Part shown: positions 9,751 to 19,870 of the stretch, one piece after another
Position numbering within the stretch: position 1 is the stretch's first letter
Layout of the letters: each line of letters starts with the position of its first letter
Virus record (IMG/VR): IMGVR_UViG_3300023440_000002
Location: 1 to 64,000 of that record
From: a virus
Strand: one strand, 5' to 3'
DNA: 64,000 nt
Notes under the pieces: model-generated
The model's input: the letters and a program-made list of their open reading frames with translations, nothing else
The model's database searches: none
Told to the model about the DNA's origin: nothing
Translations under genes and position numbers: made by a program

Positions 9751-11685
9751 TTGTTGTTAAAAAAAGAAGAGCTTATGAAGGATTTTAAGGGTTGGAATTA
9801 TGATGGATGGTCAAACATGGCAAAGGTTGTCTATAAAAGGACATACGCAAGAAAAAAAGAAAAAGGTTCAGATATTTTAGAAGACTGGCCGGACACTTCT
9901 TATAGATCTATTATGGGATCTATCAAGCTGGTCGATAAGAAATTTATTAAGGATGATGAGCAAAAAAAATTATTTAAGTATTACATGGAAAGAAAAGCCA
10001 CCTCAGCCGGTAGGGGGTTGTGGATCGGAGGTACCGATTTTGTTGATAAGGTTGGAGGTGCCGCGTTAAATAATTGCTGGTTTTTAACGGCATCTAATTG
10101 GAATAATTATGTCATATCTCAAGATCTTCTTATGCTAGGAGGAGGTGTAGGTATGAGCGTAGAACATAGATTTGTGTCTAAGCTACCTCCCGTAATAGAC
10201 TCTGATATAGCAATTGAACATAAAGCTACAAATGACGCTGATTTTATTGTCCCTGATTCGAGGGAAGGGTGGTGCAAACTCACTTATAAGGTTTTAGAGT
10301 CTTTTTTCGAAACAGGGGAGAGTTTTACTTTTTCTACAGTGTGTTTGAGAGGTGCAGGGGAGGCAATCTCGGGCTTCGGAGGTACAGCTTCTGGTCCTTT
10401 GCCTTTGGTAAACTTCATAAAAGAATTAACATCTATTTTAACCTCAAGAAAAGGCAAGCATATACGACCTATTGACGCTGCCGATATTTTATGTTCAATT
10501 GCCAATATGGTTGTTGCAGGGAACGTTCGAAGGTCAGCTTTGATGATACTAGGAGACCCTTGGGATAAAGAGTTCCTTACGATTAAGCGTTGGGATATCG
10601 AAGGAAACAGAATACCTTCATATCGATACAGAGCTAATTTTAGCGTCATAGCTGACGACTACTCAGACCTTCACCCTTTGTTTTGGGATTCTTATAATGT
10701 AGGAGAACCTATAGGTATCTTTAACAGGAAAAATGCTCAAAAATATGGAAGGATGGGTGAAGAAAAGCCAGATAGTTGCATTGGTGTCAACCCTTGTGCA
10801 GAGGCTACATTGGAGGAGGGGGAACCTTGTAATCTTTATGAGATTTACCTATCTAGAGTTAAATCAGAACAAGAGTTGGTCGATATTTGTCGATTAGTCA
10901 CTAGAGCTGCAATAAGAACAACCTGCGCTTTTTATCACCATGAAGTAACTCAAAAAGTGATTTCTAAGAATAGGCGTATCGGGATAGGGCTTACAGGTAT
11001 CTTAAATGCCAAACTTTACACTAAAGCGTCATTAGATCTAGCGTACTCTACAGTAAAAAAAGAGGCAGAAATGTATTGCGCTGAGATGGGCATACCTAAT
11101 TGCGTCAGATTAACAGTAATAAAGCCGTCAGGAACTTTAGGTAAATTAGGTGATTGTTTGGAGGGTTGCCATCCCGCCTATAGTCGATACATGATCCAAA
11201 GGATAAGGTTTTCGTCTGATGATGGTTTACTACCCGAACTTAAAGCGGCGGGTCATTATATGGAAATGGAAAAAAACCAGGATGGATCACCTAAACCCGA
11301 ATCTACAGTGGTTGATTTTTATTTAGATAATGGCGAAAATACGCCATGTGCTGATACGGGCTTTAATACAACTAAACAGTTAGATACACTATTGGATCTT
11401 CAAAAGCACTGGGCTGACCAGGCCGTTTCGATAACTGTTTATTATGAAAAAGAAAAGTTAGATGTAATAAAAAAATGGATCAAAGATAACCTAAAAAATA
11501 TAAAATCTATATCGTTTTTGCTGCATCAAGGTCACGGTTTTATTCAAGCACCAAAAGAACCTATAACGAAAGAGAGGTATCAGGAGTTGACACAGCCGGT
11601 AAAGTCGATTAATGTAAGTAATGTAAAAGAGTCATCTGAGCTAGATTCTAGTGACTGTGAAGGCGGAGCTTGTCCTGTAAGGTAG
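9751..11685 (+). CDS. nrdJ: class II (adenosylcobalamin) ribonucleotide reductase
   Basis: NNCW, GGGVG, VVAGNVRRSA, NPCAE, IKPSGT and C-terminal CEGGACPVR; extended -10 TGcTATAAT near 9666; start may be ATG 9775. Confidence 0.93.
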   Translation: MLLKKEELMKDFKGWNYDGWSNMAKVVYKRTYARKKEKGSDILEDWPDTSYRSIMGSIKLVDKKFIKDDEQKKLFKYYMERKATSAGRGLWIGGTDFVDKVGGAALNNCWFLTASNWNNYVISQDLLMLGGGVGMSVEHRFVSKLPPVIDSDIAIEHKATNDADFIVPDSREGWCKLTYKVLESFFETGESFTFSTVCLRGAGEAISGFGGTASGPLPLVNFIKELTSILTSRKGKHIRPIDAADILCSIANMVVAGNVRRSALMILGDPWDKEFLTIKRWDIEGNRIPSYRYRANFSVIADDYSDLHPLFWDSYNVGEPIGIFNRKNAQKYGRMGEEKPDSCIGVNPCAEATLEEGEPCNLYEIYLSRVKSEQELVDICRLVTRAAIRTTCAFYHHEVTQKVISKNRRIGIGLTGILNAKLYTKASLDLAYSTVKKEAEMYCAEMGIPNCVRLTVIKPSGTLGKLGDCLEGCHPAYSRYMIQRIRFSSDDGLLPELKAAGHYMEMEKNQDGSPKPESTVVDFYLDNGENTPCADTGFNTTKQLDTLLDLQKHWADQAVSITVYYEKEKLDVIKKWIKDNLKNIKSISFLLHQGHGFIQAPKEPITKERYQELTQPVKSINVSNVKESSELDSSDCEGGACPVR

Positions 11686-11707
11686 TTTTTTATGATCCGT
11701 CTTCTGT

Positions 11708-12085
11708 TTAATTACCCCTGTGCTTGTATTTGTATTTTTTAATAAGAGTTCTCTTTTTCATCTCCCGTAACAGCTCAGGCCAGTTGCGGGAGTTTTCTTT
11801 TGTGGAGTACATTAAAGGTCTCATTATTGATGTTTTGTTTGCGTGTTTTAAGTTTAATGTGCAATGTCCTAGTTCATGATAGATAAGCTCTTTTTGGTGT
11901 CTGAGGGGTATCGAGGTGAAGTGATTGATATTGATAGTTATGTGGTTTGTGTTTAGATTACAGCTGGCGCTGCGGTTTTGGGTGGTTTTTTCTGTGGAAT
12001 ATGTGGTGTAAACCTTAACGTTAAAGTCTTTTTCGAACTGTAATGTAATGGCACTCGCAAGTGCCATTACAGCTAAGAATGTCAA
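11708..12085 (-). CDS. secreted zincin/matrixin-like metallopeptidase
   Basis: Signal-like N-terminus; HELGHCTLNLKH plus SIM Met-turn. Confidence 0.75.
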   Translation of the reverse strand: MTFLAVMALASAITLQFEKDFNVKVYTTYSTEKTTQNRSASCNLNTNHITININHFTSIPLRHQKELIYHELGHCTLNLKHANKTSIMRPLMYSTKENSRNWPELLREMKKRTLIKKYKYKHRGN

Positions 12086-12468
12086 AGGATTTCAGCCTCT
12101 AACGCCTTAATATAGAAGTTGATTTCGTCATCAAATGCGTAACCCAGAGGCATATTAACCCTCTTTTCTGCTATTTCTCTTTTTCCCTTGATAGCACTTT
12201 TAACTAAGAACGACTGGTCTTTTTTGATTTTCGTTTCTTTCATCCAATCTAATTTTTCATACATTTGACGGGTTGCTTCTACTCTAACATCTCTTATGTC
12301 TTGCAGATCCCCTTCAGGTATTTCGTGTTTTTTCACTTCCCCTCCACGGGTATTTCCACAGTTCAAACCTAATAGATAGAAATCAGATGACTTTTTTTCT
12401 CTAAACCATTTGATGCATTTTTTGTTTACCCAGACACCCCAAAAAACTTGCATATTACCACCCCTCAC
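12082..12468 (-). CDS. hypothetical protein
   Basis: 128-aa ORF overlapping its neighbours in a tight operon. Confidence 0.6.
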   Translation of the reverse strand: MRGGNMQVFWGVWVNKKCIKWFREKKSSDFYLLGLNCGNTRGGEVKKHEIPEGDLQDIRDVRVEATRQMYEKLDWMKETKIKKDQSFLVKSAIKGKREIAEKRVNMPLGYAFDDEINFYIKALEAEIL

Positions 12469-12910
12469 TTAGGTCGAGTTCTTCTTCGACAGGGTCTTCT
12501 TTAGGTTCATCTTCCTTCTCAATGACCTTATCGGAAGGTTCCTCGTAAATCTTTAGGTTTTTTAATACATTGCCGGATTTAAGGATCTCGCAAGACTGTA
12601 AGAAAGAAATAAAGACGACATTAATAAGGCCTGCATTGTCATCTTTTTGTTGTAGTTCTAATAGAGGATCATCATAAAAAGAGTGAAATATATCCCACAG
12701 TGTTATCATTTTACCGGAAGAGCAAACACCTCCACCTTTGCCTTTTGTGGTTTTAATGACCCCCCTGCTATTTAGCTTCCTAACCACCCTCTGAAGGCTG
12801 TGATCTTGTATTTCCAGCTTAATACACAACTCTCCTACCGTAGACGGTTTTTCGGTTAATAGGTTGACGAGATTGATAGCTGTGTCGATATCTTTATTGA
12901 ACTTAATCAT
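12455..12910 (-). CDS. Rrf2-family winged-helix regulator
   Basis: LQRVVRKLNSRGVIKTTKGKGGG..ITLWDIF. Confidence 0.8.
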   Translation of the reverse strand: MIKFNKDIDTAINLVNLLTEKPSTVGELCIKLEIQDHSLQRVVRKLNSRGVIKTTKGKGGGVCSSGKMITLWDIFHSFYDDPLLELQQKDDNAGLINVVFISFLQSCEILKSGNVLKNLKIYEEPSDKVIEKEDEPKEDPVEEELDLSEGW

Positions 12911-13821
12911 TGGTTATGGCCCTCTAAGGTGTGCTTGATTAGTGCTTTCGAGGCGACAGGCCATCGACTCTCGATCATTTTAAGTATAGGTTGAGCTATA
13001 AGTTGAACCTCTAATTGAGCATGCGAGTCAAGCCTCAACCCTAAAAAGTGAATCCAGTTTCTTAGGTTTCCCGTCATCCAGAATTCAGTCATAGCATTTT
13101 GCGGCAAAACACCTCTAGCTATCTCTCTTGCTTCGCCGCCATCTATCTTTTTGTTGTAAAGTTCCATAGCGGCACTGTGAAATACTTCAAGGTCTTTATT
13201 AGATCTCTCGATTTCGGATTCGCTCATATCTCCGTCAGAACACTGTTTGCTATTTTTGTGTTGCTTTCTGGCTTTCGGTAAGTAAAACTCAATATTTTCA
13301 GATGTATATCTTCGTGATATTTCATTGTAAGAGAAGGTCCTGTGTCGGTGTATTTGGCTTCTTATGTACATAGGACATTTGATTTTCACACTTAAAGAGC
13401 AGTGCTCGAAAGGGGTTAGGTGTTTATTTTTAGCTAGATAGTTGATCAACTTAATGTCCGAATCTTTCAGTGTTTCTATTGTTTTTCCGAAAGAAACTCT
13501 GGCCGCATTCACTACCGTTACGTCGCTGCCCATACTATCAATAAAAGTCGCCGTTATTTCAGTCATTTTTTTCCCAAATAAAATGTTGTATTTTTTACTT
13601 AACCTAGAACCTTCCATTTTTAATCTAACCCTCTCTACTATGTAGTCGGGCTCCGCATTGAACTCGTTGTTCCACGAACTGAGGGTGCCACTTGAATCAC
13701 CCCTGGTTTCACTTATGAATCCGTAATTTCTCAGTATTTGACTGAACCTTTGATTTGGCCGCTCCGCCACCAAAAAACCTAGCATTTTAACTAACTCATC
13801 ATTAGCTTCTTCTCTGTTCAT
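12907..13821 (-). CDS. thyX: flavin-dependent thymidylate synthase with N-terminal extension
   Basis: RHRTFSYNEISRRY motif, NAARVSF, HAQLEV; core probably starts at ATG 13566. Confidence 0.92.
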   Translation of the reverse strand: MNREEANDELVKMLGFLVAERPNQRFSQILRNYGFISETRGDSSGTLSSWNNEFNAEPDYIVERVRLKMEGSRLSKKYNILFGKKMTEITATFIDSMGSDVTVVNAARVSFGKTIETLKDSDIKLINYLAKNKHLTPFEHCSLSVKIKCPMYIRSQIHRHRTFSYNEISRRYTSENIEFYLPKARKQHKNSKQCSDGDMSESEIERSNKDLEVFHSAAMELYNKKIDGGEAREIARGVLPQNAMTEFWMTGNLRNWIHFLGLRLDSHAQLEVQLIAQPILKMIESRWPVASKALIKHTLEGHNQ

Positions 13822-14153
13822 GCTTCACCTTTTGGGTTACTTAACAGGTCTATTTCTTTGTTGTTCTTTTCTATCATTTTATTGAAATTCTCAACAAAAT
13901 CATTAAACACGACCTTAACAATAGAATTGATAGGCATATTATTTTCTTCTGAAGTTTGTTTGCAAAAATCAAACAGCTGCTCGGCAGCCATGTAAGAGAT
14001 GTCGTCCGAGTTAGAACTAACTGAGACGAAACATCTTTCTCTTTCTTTGTCTAATATTGCTAAGGCTATATGGTTGCCTTTTTCTTTACATAAAGCCACT
14101 AAAAGGCTGACTGCCTCTTTGAGTTGTGGCTGGTCGATCAGATCTTCTTTCAT
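13818..14153 (-). CDS. hypothetical protein
   Basis: 111-aa ORF with ATGA overlap to the next gene. Confidence 0.65.
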   Translation of the reverse strand: MKEDLIDQPQLKEAVSLLVALCKEKGNHIALAILDKERERCFVSVSSNSDDISYMAAEQLFDFCKQTSEENNMPINSIVKVVFNDFVENFNKMIEKNNKEIDLLSNPKGEA

Positions 14154-14163
14154 TTCAATGCCC

Positions 14164-14406
14164 TTATTTTAAAGAAAATAGTAAAATAACCCCTGGGACG
14201 GACAGCGCGGTTAAAATTAAAACTAAAAAAAGAATATTAAACGCTGTGTCGTCTTTGTTTTGTTTAATTATTTCATAGTCTTCTGGGTTGCGAATGGGAT
14301 CATAATCCCAACCCTGTAAATTATGTACCCCTAAAACATTCCCGCTCTTTTTAAGTCTAATAAAACCTCCATCTTCCAGGTGTTTCAGTAGTTCATGTGC
14401 TTTCAT
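14164..14406 (-). CDS. hypothetical membrane-anchored protein
   Basis: C-terminal hydrophobic helix. Confidence 0.6.
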   Translation of the reverse strand: MKAHELLKHLEDGGFIRLKKSGNVLGVHNLQGWDYDPIRNPEDYEIIKQNKDDTAFNILFLVLILTALSVPGVILLFSLK

Positions 14407-14623
14407 TTTTTAACCTTCTTTCTTCGTTCCTTTTCTCTTTTTCAAGCCACTCTAACCATAACACACCCTTAGTTAGTTCGTCTAGAGGGTATTTCTTTTT
14501 TTCTATTGTGGAAAGTGGCATCTTTTCCATTATTTCTATGTCTTTAATCATGCGTCCGTGTAGTGCTAGGAGTGTGTCGGCGTCAGGTGTGGATTGAGGT
14601 AACAGTTTCTTCTTCTTTCTCAT
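14393..14623 (-). CDS. hypothetical protein
   Basis: First ORF of the minus-strand block; AGGT RBS. Confidence 0.6.
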   Translation of the reverse strand: MRKKKKLLPQSTPDADTLLALHGRMIKDIEIMEKMPLSTIEKKKYPLDELTKGVLWLEWLEKEKRNEERRLKNEST

Positions 14624-14764
14624 AATCTACCTTTATTTTTAAGGTTAATCATACGACAGTGATGTTAACATAAATTGCTAATATAACCTAATCTTTTATT
14701 TGAAAAGCACGGGCTTTTTATGTCTCACGGGAGACAACTGTTTGTTATGACAGAGGAATAAATA

Positions 14765-15613
14765 ATGACTCAGTTTTTTAGTCCTACGTCCGGATTAACG
14801 GAACGTACGTGGCCGTCTGTAATATTGTCGCCTATTTCCGTAAATGGTCATGTTATTTCAGTAACTTCCACTGTCGGTCTTAAAGTTAAGATGACGGTAA
14901 CCCTATCCAAGCCCGGCTTAACCAAGCAACAATTTGAAATAAAAAGAGTATTCGACAGTAAAACCTTAATGGTTGGACCTATCGGTAAAAATATTAAAAA
15001 AGTCAGTGAAGCTGAAGCTTTTGATGGTGGTACGTTATACGCACAAGAGCAGTCTAGAAATAAGCTAGGCGACTCTCCAATACTAAGAGCGGTTTACGAA
15101 GAAGAACCTACCATAGCAATCAGAACCATAGATGTTGCACCTGACGGCTCCTTAATCGGCACCCCTGCCGCCGAAATATCCAAAATAGAACCAGACTCCC
15201 ATTTTACTTACGGAGTCGCTTACGAGCCAACCTCGGTAAGAGATTATATCCCCTCAAAAAAAGTATATCAGGGAAATCTAACTATGTCTATTTCGGGCTC
15301 TTCTATAACCCTAGACGCCCTGTCGGGTTGGATGGTCAATGGAGCTAAGTTTCTAGCTATGGACTCAACAGACACAAACAACATAACAATATTGGATGAG
15401 TTTGAAATAACTAGTGTTTCCGGCACAACATTAACAGTATCTCCCACTCCAGCGTCTAATTTTTCTGGAATAGGTAGAGTGGATGGATCACTAGGCGAAG
15501 CGGTTAAGGTAACTAACTTCAAATACGGATCTGCTTTCGAGATCATAAAGGTTTACATTGGATCGTCCACCGTTAACGCCGACGACATCATAAGGCACAT
15601 AAGAGAAACATGA
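14765..15613 (+). CDS. putative virion structural protein
   Basis: S/T/G-rich beta-type composition; upstream CCTAATCT motif and GAGG RBS. Confidence 0.55.
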   Translation: MTQFFSPTSGLTERTWPSVILSPISVNGHVISVTSTVGLKVKMTVTLSKPGLTKQQFEIKRVFDSKTLMVGPIGKNIKKVSEAEAFDGGTLYAQEQSRNKLGDSPILRAVYEEEPTIAIRTIDVAPDGSLIGTPAAEISKIEPDSHFTYGVAYEPTSVRDYIPSKKVYQGNLTMSISGSSITLDALSGWMVNGAKFLAMDSTDTNNITILDEFEITSVSGTTLTVSPTPASNFSGIGRVDGSLGEAVKVTNFKYGSAFEIIKVYIGSSTVNADDIIRHIRET

Positions 15614-16278
15614 ACTGGGCACTACTAATAAAAAAATTCATATCGTTTGGTGTTTTGTTTGGCGGCCCAGCTAAAAAACTTGCTGGTATTAACGATTTCG
15701 CCAACTTAATGGTAGGTGTCTTCACATTTAACCCGACAGGCAATATCGTAACTTTCCCCCAACCATTACCGGTTTGGGCTAAACCTGACAGGTACTTTCG
15801 AGTAACTGATGGAGGAGGAAGTAATAATACTGCATTATTTAAAATAAAAACGATAGACCCTTTAACTAATACGGTAGAGGTTTTCCAGCCAGTTGATTCA
15901 TTTTCTGGCCTGGCCACTCTTGATGGTAGAATATGGGCAATAATCGACAATTCAGCTATAGCGAAAGCCTCATCTACTGGCTCCACAATATTTAACGTAC
16001 ATAACCGAAATTCAACAGGTATTCCTGATGGTTCCGGCATAGCCTTAACTTACGCAGAGCATTACCATGATGAACCAGAAACAGAGCAAGATCAGGGTGA
16101 AATAATATCCCACCTTAGGAATGAGGCTGGGGGTTTAAGTATGGTTACAGATAGTTGCACTAACCAATTGGTGGATGTAGGGCCTTTGGTTGTAATTGAT
16201 AGTGAGGGGGTTGTTGTTAGGGCAAGAACAGATAATCCCGTAAATAGTTGTTATCCACCAGAAGGGAAGTGTTATTAA
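15610..16278 (+). CDS. putative virion structural protein
   Basis: Coupled to neighbours by ATGA and TAATG overlaps. Confidence 0.55.
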   Translation: MNWALLIKKFISFGVLFGGPAKKLAGINDFANLMVGVFTFNPTGNIVTFPQPLPVWAKPDRYFRVTDGGGSNNTALFKIKTIDPLTNTVEVFQPVDSFSGLATLDGRIWAIIDNSAIAKASSTGSTIFNVHNRNSTGIPDGSGIALTYAEHYHDEPETEQDQGEIISHLRNEAGGLSMVTDSCTNQLVDVGPLVVIDSEGVVVRARTDNPVNSCYPPEGKCY

Positions 16279-17225
16279 TGGGATTTCATCATAAAATGAG
16301 GGGTGGCGATTTGCACGCCCCATCTAACGAGCAAGTTCATAATAATTCAGCTACAGTGATAAATAAGATGCAAGTTGTGTCGCTGGATGGGATGGGATTA
16401 ACCAACCCCCAAGTTGTCTTAGCTGACCCTCTAGTTAGATCTAATTTCGGAGTGGCGTCAGAGCAGATAGTTGTTGGCAATTCCGGTACTGTCACTGTTG
16501 TTGGTTTTATGTTGGGTGTTGATACCTCAGCTTGGCCTGATGGAACTGTTCTTTATAGTACTAGTTCCGGTAACTTATCATCCACAGCTTTAGGGTCGCC
16601 GGTAGCTACCGTTATTAGGCAGGACGCTAATTGCGGAGTTTTGTATGTTATTGCCTTGGGAGACCTACTGCTAGACTTTGTTAACCCTTGGTTGTTAGAT
16701 GGAAACTCAGGAACAGACGAAGATATAAACCACATAGGTACCAATGATTACACCGGATTAACAACAAAAACTAACAACCTAAGAAGAGGTTTTGTTGATA
16801 AAGATGGCAGGTTCGCTTTTGGCGATTTAAAACCAGAAAAGTTTATTCACATAAAAGCCCACAGCGATAAACCTGGATCTGGAAATCAAATCGACACCTT
16901 TTCTGTTGATACCTCAGATGCTGCTTTTAATGCGGCATACTCTTTTGTTGTGCCAGATCAAGGGGTTATACAGATTAAGATTAAAGTAAACGCAAGGCAA
17001 GGCGTTACTGATCGAGCTGGGTTCGAAAGGACAGCTTTGTTTTTCAGAGAAGGCGGTACGGCGCAGCTCCAAGGCGGAGTGCAGTCGGATTTTACTTCCA
17101 GGTCAGACCTTCTTTTTGATGTGTCATTTAGTATTATTATGGATACTGTGGTGTTTCAAGTCAAGTCGAGGTCGGCAGATTTCACATCCTGGGTTGGCTC
17201 AGTAAACTTGGATGTTTTAACCTAA
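16278..17225 (+). CDS. fibre/decoration-like structural protein
   Basis: TAATG overlap sets the start; WLLDGNSGT and HIGTND fibre-type motifs; C-terminus resembles that of 17271..18593. Confidence 0.6.
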   Translation: MGFHHKMRGGDLHAPSNEQVHNNSATVINKMQVVSLDGMGLTNPQVVLADPLVRSNFGVASEQIVVGNSGTVTVVGFMLGVDTSAWPDGTVLYSTSSGNLSSTALGSPVATVIRQDANCGVLYVIALGDLLLDFVNPWLLDGNSGTDEDINHIGTNDYTGLTTKTNNLRRGFVDKDGRFAFGDLKPEKFIHIKAHSDKPGSGNQIDTFSVDTSDAAFNAAYSFVVPDQGVIQIKIKVNARQGVTDRAGFERTALFFREGGTAQLQGGVQSDFTSRSDLLFDVSFSIIMDTVVFQVKSRSADFTSWVGSVNLDVLT

Positions 17226-17270
17226 TAATAGATAGTGTATTATTTTTAAAAAAACGGAGAATATAGAAAA

Positions 17271-18593
17271 ATGGCAACAATAGAAAATCAAATCACGGTA
17301 GGTGGTAAATTAATATTAGAGGTCGATTCCGACCCGTCAGCGGCATCAGGAACTCCTGCGCCGGTAGGCTCCGAAGCGATGCTGGAAGGCGGAGGTCCAT
17401 TAGGTACCAACTGGATCAAAGTTGGACCTCTAGATACAGCCTGGGATAAGGTAGTAACAGTATCTGATAATACCATGGTAGATAGCGGCCTTTTCCGTAG
17501 AGTTGCCATGTATGACACTGACCCGAGCGGAACTCACCTAAATGACATCCTTATTCAAAACGGCTTCGATATTGATGTTATCATGGAAGCTCAACTAACC
17601 AGATCTGCGGCCATCACTTACAGTATTCCAAATCCGGGCGACGCTATCACTTCAGCCGACTTTGTGCTGACTGAAGGTATCCAAACAATTAATGGTGATA
17701 AAACATTCAACGAGAATGTTACGATTCAAGGCAACTTGGATGTCAACGGAACATTGACCAGTATTGATACTGTCAACACTACAATCAAAGATGCATTGAT
17801 CACACTAAACAAAGGTGGAGCAGTAGGTTCCGCTAGCAATTCCGGTGTTGAGTTTGAAGAAAACAGTATTATAACTGGATTTATCAAAACTAATGCAGCA
17901 AGAGATGGATTGCTAATTAAATCACCAGCAAGCACTGGAGTCTCGGAAGTTATTGGTACTTCGGCAGATCAGACGTACAACTTCCCGGACGAAGACGGTA
18001 GAATGGTGTTACAATCCTCTGTAGCTTCCGGAGTGGTAAGTCAGATTTCTTCATGGAAAACCGACGAAACGCTTCACAACGCAACAGGTGTTGGAGCAGA
18101 CTCTTTAACTTGGGATTCTTCAAATCAGCGCTTAGGTGTAGGAACTCCATCACCAACAGAAAAATTCCACGTAGCTGCCGGCAATGCTCTTTTTGGTGCC
18201 TCAGTTAAAATTAGACATCAAGATGTGTCCGACTTCAGACAAGAACAAGACGCAACAACAACTACAAACGGGACATATACGTCCGTTAAAACTATAGCTA
18301 TCCCTCTGGATACTGTAGTTATTGTTAAATCTTTTATTACTGGCAGAAAAACTGGCGGGACCGGGAACGGAACTGTAGGTGATGCTGCTGTATATGAAAG
18401 AACTGCGGCATTTAAGAATGTTGGTGGTACTGTCAGCCGTATCAGACAGCAAGCTGACTTTACAGCGGAGGATGTGAATTCTTGGTCATCAAGAATGGTC
18501 GTCTCTGGAGGTAACGCTTCAGTAGAAGTTAGAGGTTCATCTAACAATAATATGAGCTGGGAATCAACAACCGTATTTCAAATCTTAGACTAA
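17271..18593 (+). CDS. tail-fibre-like structural protein
   Basis: QTINGDKTF, GNLDVNGTLT..IKDALITLN and RLGVGTPSPTEKFHV fibre motifs. Confidence 0.7.
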   Translation: MATIENQITVGGKLILEVDSDPSAASGTPAPVGSEAMLEGGGPLGTNWIKVGPLDTAWDKVVTVSDNTMVDSGLFRRVAMYDTDPSGTHLNDILIQNGFDIDVIMEAQLTRSAAITYSIPNPGDAITSADFVLTEGIQTINGDKTFNENVTIQGNLDVNGTLTSIDTVNTTIKDALITLNKGGAVGSASNSGVEFEENSIITGFIKTNAARDGLLIKSPASTGVSEVIGTSADQTYNFPDEDGRMVLQSSVASGVVSQISSWKTDETLHNATGVGADSLTWDSSNQRLGVGTPSPTEKFHVAAGNALFGASVKIRHQDVSDFRQEQDATTTTNGTYTSVKTIAIPLDTVVIVKSFITGRKTGGTGNGTVGDAAVYERTAAFKNVGGTVSRIRQQADFTAEDVNSWSSRMVVSGGNASVEVRGSSNNNMSWESTTVFQILD

Positions 18594-18602
18594 GAGTAAC
18601 TT

Positions 18603-19208
18603 ATGGCACTGCTGGACGAAATAAGTTTAGGTAATATAGCAATCATGGAAGTCGATCAGCCACCTAATACAGGTGGCGGTATCGCCGCTCCAGAGGGTGC
18701 TGTAGCTATTGTTTCGTCGGTAGGTCAAGGAGCTTTTTGGCAAAAGATTGGGCCATTAGATACGGATTGGGTGGTGTTCTTATCAGGAACTGACCCTTCT
18801 AGCTTTAATGGTCGGATTATTAATGTCGGATTTTACAGTGACGATGATTCTTGGGCTAAATGGAGCACTAATCATAACAAAAAAACTGACGAATTACCTT
18901 ATAGAATCCCCTTCGGGTCTAAGCTGATAGGTTACAATTTATCTTTTAAGGGTAATAATGACTCTTTCTATTTAGAGTTCTATAAAAACGGAACACTAAC
19001 AGCAAATAGAGTTTTTCAGCAACAATATAGTAACATTAATCAAGCGGTTAATATCACTATGACACCTATAAGTTTCAGTGCTGGCGATGAATTAGCTCTT
19101 CGGTTTAAAAAAATAAGCGGCAGTGATGTAGATGATGCATATGTAGAGCTGTTTTTTGCTATAGTTGATGATACTGCAATTAATAATACCTGGAATTTAG
19201 GGGTGTAA
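18603..19208 (+). CDS. fibre-associated structural protein
   Basis: N-terminus similar to 17271 protein (EVD..P..G..AP.G..W.K.GPLDT.W). Confidence 0.6.
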   Translation: MALLDEISLGNIAIMEVDQPPNTGGGIAAPEGAVAIVSSVGQGAFWQKIGPLDTDWVVFLSGTDPSSFNGRIINVGFYSDDDSWAKWSTNHNKKTDELPYRIPFGSKLIGYNLSFKGNNDSFYLEFYKNGTLTANRVFQQQYSNINQAVNITMTPISFSAGDELALRFKKISGSDVDDAYVELFFAIVDDTAINNTWNLGV

Positions 19209-19210
19209 TT

Positions 19211-19870
19211 TTGTTTATTTGTGCTTATATGATTGGAGGTGTTGGGGTTAACTTACTAGAATCTTACGGAGTAAGAGACTTAAGTGGGAATCTGCCTTTT
19301 GTAGCTTCTGATGTGGTGCCCGCCAATTACACAGACATAACTTCCATCGACTCATGGGATAAGCACGGATTTCATACCGGAAAAGACTATAAATTCATCC
19401 GAAAAGAAATTGCTATTATTGCCGCAACTACAGGTTGGACAAACCTAACACTAGCCGAAAAAACAACCGTAGTTGACTGGTTCGCTATAGGTAAAACCGA
19501 AAGAGATGAAATCTACACTACAGCACAGCAAATAACACTAGCTGGCGACTTTCACAAACAATCCACACAATCAAGAAAATCTCGATCCGAAACTGTTATG
19601 CTTATTATTTATAATTATTTCGCATGGTCGGAAGTTGAATCTATAGTTAATGTTATCGAACTAGATAATCTATTAGATAAGTATGTTAATTACGGGGTCG
19701 AAGGGACAACTGAAGGTGATGGCGAAGGGTTGTTTGATTATTTCGAGGCAACTGCTGGTACCTCGTTTAGTTCTAGCGGATTAGCTGCTACTTCGTACGT
19801 ACCAGTCACTGGTACACTAGCTGAACTTATAACTACTGTTATGAGTATATTAAGGGGTGGTGAGTACTAA
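19211..19870 (+). CDS. hypothetical protein, likely structural
   Basis: 219 aa within the structural operon. Confidence 0.55.
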   Translation: MFICAYMIGGVGVNLLESYGVRDLSGNLPFVASDVVPANYTDITSIDSWDKHGFHTGKDYKFIRKEIAIIAATTGWTNLTLAEKTTVVDWFAIGKTERDEIYTTAQQITLAGDFHKQSTQSRKSRSETVMLIIYNYFAWSEVESIVNVIELDNLLDKYVNYGVEGTTEGDGEGLFDYFEATAGTSFSSSGLAATSYVPVTGTLAELITTVMSILRGGEY

